DNA of 21,097 bases from an uncultured virus (IMG/VR IMGVR_UViG_3300006148_000272) (lineage: Duplodnaviria; Heunggongvirae; Uroviricota; Caudoviricetes), in the IMG/VR virus record IMGVR_UViG_3300006148_000272. The stretch is one strand, 5' to 3'. Both the position numbers and the translations under genes were made by a program. The notes beneath the pieces are model-generated. The model did not search any database, had not been told where the DNA came from, and was given only the letters and a program-made list of their open reading frames with translations. Below, piece after piece: positions 15,622-21,097 of the stretch (positions are counted from its first letter, which is position 1; every line of letters begins with the position of its first letter).

Positions 15622-15874
15622 AAGCGTGGTGGCCGTGGGGAACGTGCAAACGGCTGGGGATCAGATCAAATATCTGCCCCGCTTTTGCCGCCTGTACGAT
15701 CTGCCCAAAACGCCGGGCCTGTTCCTGCCGGACAGCGCCCCCAGCAAAGAAACGTTGCGGACCTGGCGCAACAACGGAACGCTGGTCATGGTGAAAATAG
15801 GAGCGTCCCTGTTTGTGGATCTCCACATGACCTTGAAAAAGAATAAAATAAAACTCGGAGTGCTTAACAATTAG
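15602..15874 (+). CDS. excisionase-like / winged-HTH DNA-binding protein (~90 aa)
   Basis: PSKETLRTWRNNGTLVMVKIGASLFVD resembles a Xis/MerR-type HTH with wing. ATG at 15602. Confidence 0.55.
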   Translation: MEQVNPESVVAVGNVQTAGDQIKYLPRFCRLYDLPKTPGLFLPDSAPSKETLRTWRNNGTLVMVKIGASLFVDLHMTLKKNKIKLGVLNN

Positions 15875-15881
15875 CGTTTTT

Positions 15882-16289
15882 ATGAGCAACAAATATGCCG
15901 CATGGTATTTGCGCGTGCAGGTGAAGGATCTGGAACAGCTTCCCTTTCATCCGCCGGCGGAAAATGAAGCGGGGGAAGGATTGCCCGCTGATTTTCCGCG
16001 TGAGGAATTCACGGAGGATCAGCTTGTGCTGCTGGATGAATACTACCACGCCAAGCGGGAAAACGTGGTGAAACAGTTTTTCCGGCTGCTGCGCGTCCAT
16101 CCCGGCAGCATGGATTTGACCCTGTGGCATCTGGCGCTTAATGCCGGCATCCTGGTAAAACTGCTTGGGATAGGGGATCCCCGCTCCTTTACCTGGCGGG
16201 AACTATGTGACCGGTTGGGCGTGGGGGAAGATGTGCTTTACCGGCACAAGAAAGAAATTTTGCGCCTGATTGATGAAATAAAAAAATAA
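15882..16289 (+). CDS. protein with a C-terminal HTH, putative transcription regulator (135 aa)
   Basis: TWRELCDRLGVGEDVLYRHKKEI. Confidence 0.55.
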   Translation: MSNKYAAWYLRVQVKDLEQLPFHPPAENEAGEGLPADFPREEFTEDQLVLLDEYYHAKRENVVKQFFRLLRVHPGSMDLTLWHLALNAGILVKLLGIGDPRSFTWRELCDRLGVGEDVLYRHKKEILRLIDEIKK

Positions 16290-16302
16290 TCTTCAATATA
16301 TT

Positions 16303-17097
16303 ATGAAAACATGTATCAAAGAACGCCCCATTGCCTTTTCCGCGGATATGGTGCGTGCGCTGCTGCAAGGCTGGAAAACACAGACCAGCCGCACGCGGGG
16401 CTTAGAACGTTTCAATGGCTGGCCGGACTGGAAAATCCCCCTGGGGGAAGATGCCTGGGAACTATGTCATTTTACAAAAGAAGAGCCGGGCATCTGGCGC
16501 GCCGTTTTCCAGGATCCGCGCGGGGAATGCCCGCCTGGGCTGGATCCTGTGGTGAAATGCCCCTATGGGAAGCCGGGGGAACGGCTATGGGTGCGGGAAC
16601 CCTGGAAAATAGGGTTATTCCTGCCATGGGGAGGCTTTGAAGTGGAATACCTGGCTGACGGGGCCCGGAAGGTATGCGAGCCGGGCGGCGGTTATTCTGC
16701 CGCCTGGCTGGATTGCCTGAAAGAACAATGCCTGGAAGACTGCCGGAAAGCGGGGGTGAAGCCCTGGCTGGACAGATCTGTCTTGCGGCGGCGTCAGGCC
16801 ATGTTCCTTCCCCGTTGCGCCTCGCGGATTCTGCTGGAAATAACTGATATTGAGGTCAGGAAACTACAATCCATTACTGAAGAAGAAGCCATGGCGGAAG
16901 GAATTGAAAGCATTTTTTACGATGAAGAAACGTCCTCCACCGGCTGGAAAAACTATCTGGACCCGGAAAGCATGTGCATCCGCGCCAGAGATTCCTTTTT
17001 CACGCTGTGGGATCGTCTGCACGACGGCGGGGAAGCGGATCCCTGGGTGTGGATGATCAAATTTAAGGTATTGGAAGTTAAAGGAATAATAAAATGA
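16303..17097 (+). CDS. conserved phage ASCH/PUA-like protein (264 aa)
   Basis: KERPIAFSADMVRALLQGWKTQTSR, CPYGKPGERLWVRE, SRILLEITDIEV..LQSITEEEAMAEGI and PWVWMIKF are hallmark motifs of this phage family. Confidence 0.8.
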   Translation: MKTCIKERPIAFSADMVRALLQGWKTQTSRTRGLERFNGWPDWKIPLGEDAWELCHFTKEEPGIWRAVFQDPRGECPPGLDPVVKCPYGKPGERLWVREPWKIGLFLPWGGFEVEYLADGARKVCEPGGGYSAAWLDCLKEQCLEDCRKAGVKPWLDRSVLRRRQAMFLPRCASRILLEITDIEVRKLQSITEEEAMAEGIESIFYDEETSSTGWKNYLDPESMCIRARDSFFTLWDRLHDGGEADPWVWMIKFKVLEVKGIIK

Positions 17098-17315
17098 AAA
17101 AACGATATACGCTTATTGGAGTAATTCATGATCCGGGGGATGAAGATTATTGCCTGCGGCTCAATGAAAACGGGTACGTGTTCAACATTCTGATCACAGA
17201 CCGTAAACATATCATATCGCTAAATATCAACTTGAAAACATGTGATATTCGTACCGCCCGGAAAAAAAGGAACAATATATATAAAGCGTTGTACGGGAAA
17301 GAATTTACCCTGTAA
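17094..17315 (+). CDS. hypothetical basic protein (73 aa)
   Basis: ATG overlaps the previous stop. AT-rich. Confidence 0.55.
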   Translation: MKKRYTLIGVIHDPGDEDYCLRLNENGYVFNILITDRKHIISLNINLKTCDIRTARKKRNNIYKALYGKEFTL

Positions 17316-17319
17316 AAAA

Positions 17320-17565
17320 ATGAATCCTGAAAATGAATTTGAAATACGCATCTATAATCCTGTTTTCAAAAACGGCCCTTGTGCGTCAATGTTTGTTTCC
17401 TATGAAGTTGCAAAAGACCTGATTGGAAAAGTGGATATAAACGCCGGGAAAAATGAAATTCTTTATTTCAGAAAAAATGAAAACCAAGCGTGGGTTGCTC
17501 TAAATATGAAATATTTTCAAAGTTATATATGCGACGGGAAAACAATTAACTTATTTTTTTCATAA
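17320..17565 (+). CDS. hypothetical protein (81 aa)
   Basis: ATG 17320, 4 nt after the previous stop. AT-rich. Confidence 0.5.
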   Translation: MNPENEFEIRIYNPVFKNGPCASMFVSYEVAKDLIGKVDINAGKNEILYFRKNENQAWVALNMKYFQSYICDGKTINLFFS

Positions 17566-17580
17566 GTCATTGAATAAAAA

Positions 17581-18378
17581 ATGAAAGCCGTACTGCGATA
17601 TTTAGGAGGGAAAAACCGATACGCGCGGGAAATCATTGAACACTTCCCGCCGCATTTCTGTTATCTTGAACCGTGCGGCGGATCCGCCGGCGTCCTGCTG
17701 AATAAGGCCCCTTCCGCGGTGGAAATTTATAATGACCTGGACGGGGAAGTGGTGAATTTTTTCCGGGTATTGAGGAATGGGAATTCCGGGGAACTTATTG
17801 ACGCTATCCGATTGACGCCTTACAGCCGGGAAGAACTGAACCATGCCTGGCCAGTCAAGGATCCCGTGGAACGTGCCCGCCGCTTTTTGGTGCGCTCCTG
17901 GTTCGGCATTGCCAATGACGCATTCCGGGACGCTTCTTCCGGCTTCCGGGTGAGCCGGAACCGTCAACCCACGGTGGCGGCTGACTGGAAAAACCTTCCG
18001 GAAACGCTGGAAAAGGCCGTTGAACGGCTTCGGAACGTGTACATTGAACAACGGGACGCCCTGGAACTGATCTCACGGCATGACGGCCCGGAAACCCTGC
18101 ATTTCATTGATCCGCCCTACCTGAAAAGCACCCGCACCCGTGAAGGATCCTACACGCACGAATTCACGGACAAACAGCATGTGGAACTTCTCCGGTTATT
18201 GCTGGATTGCCGGGGGAAAGTGGTGTTGTGCGGGTACGACAACGCGCTTTACAACAACGCCCTTTCCGGCTGGTGCAAGGTCAGCTACGGAGCCCGCGCC
18301 GGCATGGGAAAAAAACGGGTGGAATGCCTGTGGATGAACTATCCTGACCAACTTTCACTTTTCAAATTTCACGCATGA
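17581..18378 (+). CDS. dam: DNA adenine methyltransferase, D12/Dam family (265 aa)
   Basis: RYLGGK, YLEPCGGSAGV (SAM-binding motif I), EIYNDLD and catalytic DPPY. Target specificity cannot be read from the sequence. Confidence 0.88.
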   Translation: MKAVLRYLGGKNRYAREIIEHFPPHFCYLEPCGGSAGVLLNKAPSAVEIYNDLDGEVVNFFRVLRNGNSGELIDAIRLTPYSREELNHAWPVKDPVERARRFLVRSWFGIANDAFRDASSGFRVSRNRQPTVAADWKNLPETLEKAVERLRNVYIEQRDALELISRHDGPETLHFIDPPYLKSTRTREGSYTHEFTDKQHVELLRLLLDCRGKVVLCGYDNALYNNALSGWCKVSYGARAGMGKKRVECLWMNYPDQLSLFKFHA

Positions 18379-19499
18379 AATCACACAAGGAACTTGCCGA
18401 GGAAATTTTAGGCTATCCAATCGGGGAAGACGGGTGCGCCCCCTGCCCCGGCGCCGCGCTGCATACCACGCAAAGCGGGCCGCGGGATTGGCGGATCTGG
18501 TTTGACGGCGAAGGAAAACCGCATGAATATTGCTTCCATCAATCCTGCCAGAGCGCCCGCGACGACTTCATGAGGGTGCTTTACCGGGCTATCAGCGCGG
18601 AGGAACGCGGGGCCCGCAGCACCCGCAAGGCAACCCCCAAATACCAGCGTCCCCTGCCCCCGGCGCCCAAGGCGCGGAAGGTAAAAGCGGAAGAATTGAA
18701 TGAAGATCTGGCCCTTGCGCTGGCGGGCCGGGTGGAGGAAGAAATCACGTTTGACTGGCTGAGGGATCATAGCCCGGTGGAAATCCCCGGCAATCCCCGC
18801 GCCTGGGGGGAACTGCTGCTGAATGAACTATATCCCGCCGGCGCGCGGATCCTGGTATTCACGGCCTTTGCCTCCCAGGGTCAATATATGTATATCGTGA
18901 AGGATGGCGTTTACAAGCTGGGGCGGAAACCCGGCGTGGAGCCCGTGAAAGCCCCGCGTCTGCCTGCCGGCGGGGATGCCGGCGTCTGGTACTTAACGGC
19001 GCCCGTGACGGGCAAATGGGAACCTAACCCCGGCAAGCGGGATGCCATGGGAAATTTGATGCCGGGGCGGCGGCATGCGGCATGCTGCACGTCCTTTCCC
19101 TTCCTGGTCCTGGAAAGCGACGTACTGACCGCGGACGTATGGCTGAAAATTCTGGTGCAGCTTGCGGATCCGGTTGTGGCCGTTTACACCAGCGGCGGGA
19201 AATCCGTCCATGCCCTGGTGAAAATTTCCGCCGCCACGCCGGAGGAATTCAACGCCATTAAGTCAGAATACGTCTTGCGGCTGTCCGCCGTGGGAGCGGA
19301 CGCCGCGGCCATGACGCCTGTGCGGCTGTCCCGCCTGCCCGGCTGCATGAGGCACGGAGCCACCGGGGAAAACGGAACCTATTTCAAATACGACCAACCG
19401 CGCCTGCAGGAATTGCTTTACCTGAACCCCGGCGCGGTCCACGGCGTTCCCATCCTGACCATGCCCGCGCGGCAACCGAGAAAGGCGGCAAGATCATGA
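18375..19499 (+). CDS. primase (AEP/RepB-like) with an N-terminal Zn-binding motif (374 aa)
   Basis: CPG...H...CFHQSC, LVLESD, YTSGGKSVHAL and RLSRLPG. Confidence 0.75.
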   Translation: MKSHKELAEEILGYPIGEDGCAPCPGAALHTTQSGPRDWRIWFDGEGKPHEYCFHQSCQSARDDFMRVLYRAISAEERGARSTRKATPKYQRPLPPAPKARKVKAEELNEDLALALAGRVEEEITFDWLRDHSPVEIPGNPRAWGELLLNELYPAGARILVFTAFASQGQYMYIVKDGVYKLGRKPGVEPVKAPRLPAGGDAGVWYLTAPVTGKWEPNPGKRDAMGNLMPGRRHAACCTSFPFLVLESDVLTADVWLKILVQLADPVVAVYTSGGKSVHALVKISAATPEEFNAIKSEYVLRLSAVGADAAAMTPVRLSRLPGCMRHGATGENGTYFKYDQPRLQELLYLNPGAVHGVPILTMPARQPRKAARS

Positions 19500-21097
19500 G
19501 TGATTTGACCACCGCGCAAATATTAGGCGCGGCGCCCGTCATGGTGGACGGACGCCCCAATATCCGCACCAACCAGCAAGTGAGCCTGATCGCCCAGGCG
19601 GTAGCGGACAACCTGCCAAGCGGCGCCCTGTACCGGTATCATGACGAGTATGTGACCATCAGCACCATCAAGAGCACCAACCAGGACGGGGAAACGACGA
19701 CGGAACTTGAAAAAAGGCCCATGGATCCCCGGCGTTTCACAACGTGGATCGAACAATACATGACCTTTTCCGCCAGTGCGGAAGATCCGGTGGAAAGCAT
19801 GGGAAAAAATATGGCGGAATTGATTCTGGCGAGTGATTATCTGCGGGCCGCCGTGCCGGAAATTGCGGAAATCATGCCCGTGCGTCTGCCCGCCTGGGGC
19901 GTAGGGCCCAAGGGAGAGCGCTTCCTGCGGATCCTGCCCGCCGGCTATGATCCGGCCACGCGCATTTACAGCGCGGAAACCGTGGCATGGGACGCCAACA
20001 AGGTTTGGCCGGTGGATGCTGTTCTCCGGGCGATGAACAGAGCCCTGGCGTCCTTCCCATGGGCGGAAAAATCCGCCGGGCCTATCACGCATATCCGTTC
20101 CGCATCCTGCTTCATGGCGTATATGCTGGGGCAGTTCTGCCGCCACCTGATCGGGCGACAACCCATGATTCTTATTATAGGCAACCAGCCGGGGACGGGT
20201 AAAACGCTGCTTGCCAAATTTGCGCTAGGGCCCATTTATGGAGTGCCGAACGCCACGCCGTTTCCCAAGGATGACGCCGCCCTGCAAAAGCTGTTGTTTA
20301 CCAAGCTTATTTCCGGGGCGCCGTATGTCCTCATTGATGACCTGATCAATTTAAGCAGTACGACTTTGAACCAGTATGCCACCAGCGAGGCAATATCTGA
20401 TCGCGTCCTGGGAGGCAATAAGGAGTTTTGCGGGGTCAACCGCATGCAGATTGTCAGCACGGGGAACAATTTGACGGTAACGCCGGACATTGAGCGACGC
20501 AGCCTGATTATTGACCTGTTTGACGTGTGCAAGTCCGTCGAAAAAAACATTGCCAATCCATTAACGGAAAAAGTATTCAGCCGCCCGCAATGGCGCCGGG
20601 AAATGCTTATGGCCTTGTGGTCCCTGGTCTGGCATTGGAATGAACAGGGCTGTCCGTCCGTGTGTTCCGCGTCCGCCATGCCGTCCTTTGAAGGATTTTC
20701 GGAGGTAGTGGGATCCATCGTCATGACGGCGGGCTTTATCTCCCCCTTTACCAAACGCCCGGCCACCACGGACGGCGGGGACGTCCGGGGGAATGCCCTG
20801 GAACGGCTGCTGGTGGCCCTTGCGGACAAGATACAGCCGGAAACGCCGGAAGCGCCCCATACGCAGCTGACGCACCTGTACACGGTGGAAGCTGTGATGG
20901 GCGTGGCCGGGGATCTGGGGCTGGTGGACATTATTTGCAGCGGCAAAAACCAGAATCAGAGCATGGGGCATCAACTGCGGAAGCTCAAGGGGCGGCAATT
21001 TGTGGACAGTTCCGGGCGCGTCTTTACCTTTGGCCGCCGGGAAGACGCCGTGTCTTCACAATATAATGTAGTCATTCTTTCCGAACCGCGTATGTAA
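19496..21097 (+). CDS. replicative P-loop ATPase/helicase, SF3-like (533 aa)
   Basis: Walker A GNQPGTGKT, Walker B VLIDD, motif C STGNN and DIERR. Coupled to the primase by an ATGA overlap. Confidence 0.8.
   Translation: MSDLTTAQILGAAPVMVDGRPNIRTNQQVSLIAQAVADNLPSGALYRYHDEYVTISTIKSTNQDGETTTELEKRPMDPRRFTTWIEQYMTFSASAEDPVESMGKNMAELILASDYLRAAVPEIAEIMPVRLPAWGVGPKGERFLRILPAGYDPATRIYSAETVAWDANKVWPVDAVLRAMNRALASFPWAEKSAGPITHIRSASCFMAYMLGQFCRHLIGRQPMILIIGNQPGTGKTLLAKFALGPIYGVPNATPFPKDDAALQKLLFTKLISGAPYVLIDDLINLSSTTLNQYATSEAISDRVLGGNKEFCGVNRMQIVSTGNNLTVTPDIERRSLIIDLFDVCKSVEKNIANPLTEKVFSRPQWRREMLMALWSLVWHWNEQGCPSVCSASAMPSFEGFSEVVGSIVMTAGFISPFTKRPATTDGGDVRGNALERLLVALADKIQPETPEAPHTQLTHLYTVEAVMGVAGDLGLVDIICSGKNQNQSMGHQLRKLKGRQFVDSSGRVFTFGRREDAVSSQYNVVILSEPRM

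Noticed and set aside
17581..18378. Restriction-modification system
   Set aside because: No adjacent endonuclease recognised. An orphan phage methylase is ordinary.

Overview
A contiguous 21 kb stretch of a temperate tailed phage or prophage. The host is probably Akkermansia/Verrucomicrobiota, inferred from codon style and protein families and not verified. Left to right: (1) a + strand tail module with a fibre/baseplate-like protein, an unexpected glycosyltransferase, a tail assembly chaperone with a -1 frameshift site, tail proteins, a tape measure protein and a tail fibre; (2) a lysis cassette with a lipoprotein, a holin/spanin-like protein and an M15 endolysin; (3) a ~300 bp ORF-track gap that looks like a complete unannotated type I toxin-antitoxin locus (22-aa peptide, 4-codon leader ORF, convergent ~80-nt antisense RNA made of copies of the toxin initiation region); (4) an AT-rich accessory cluster (putative Abi membrane protein, membrane protein, secreted protein, BRCT protein), two genes of which share the same promoter cassette; (5) a divergent repressor / RHH switch; (6) an early operon with HTH proteins, an ASCH-like protein, a Dam-family methylase and a split primase plus helicase. 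No integrase is visible between lysis and immunity.
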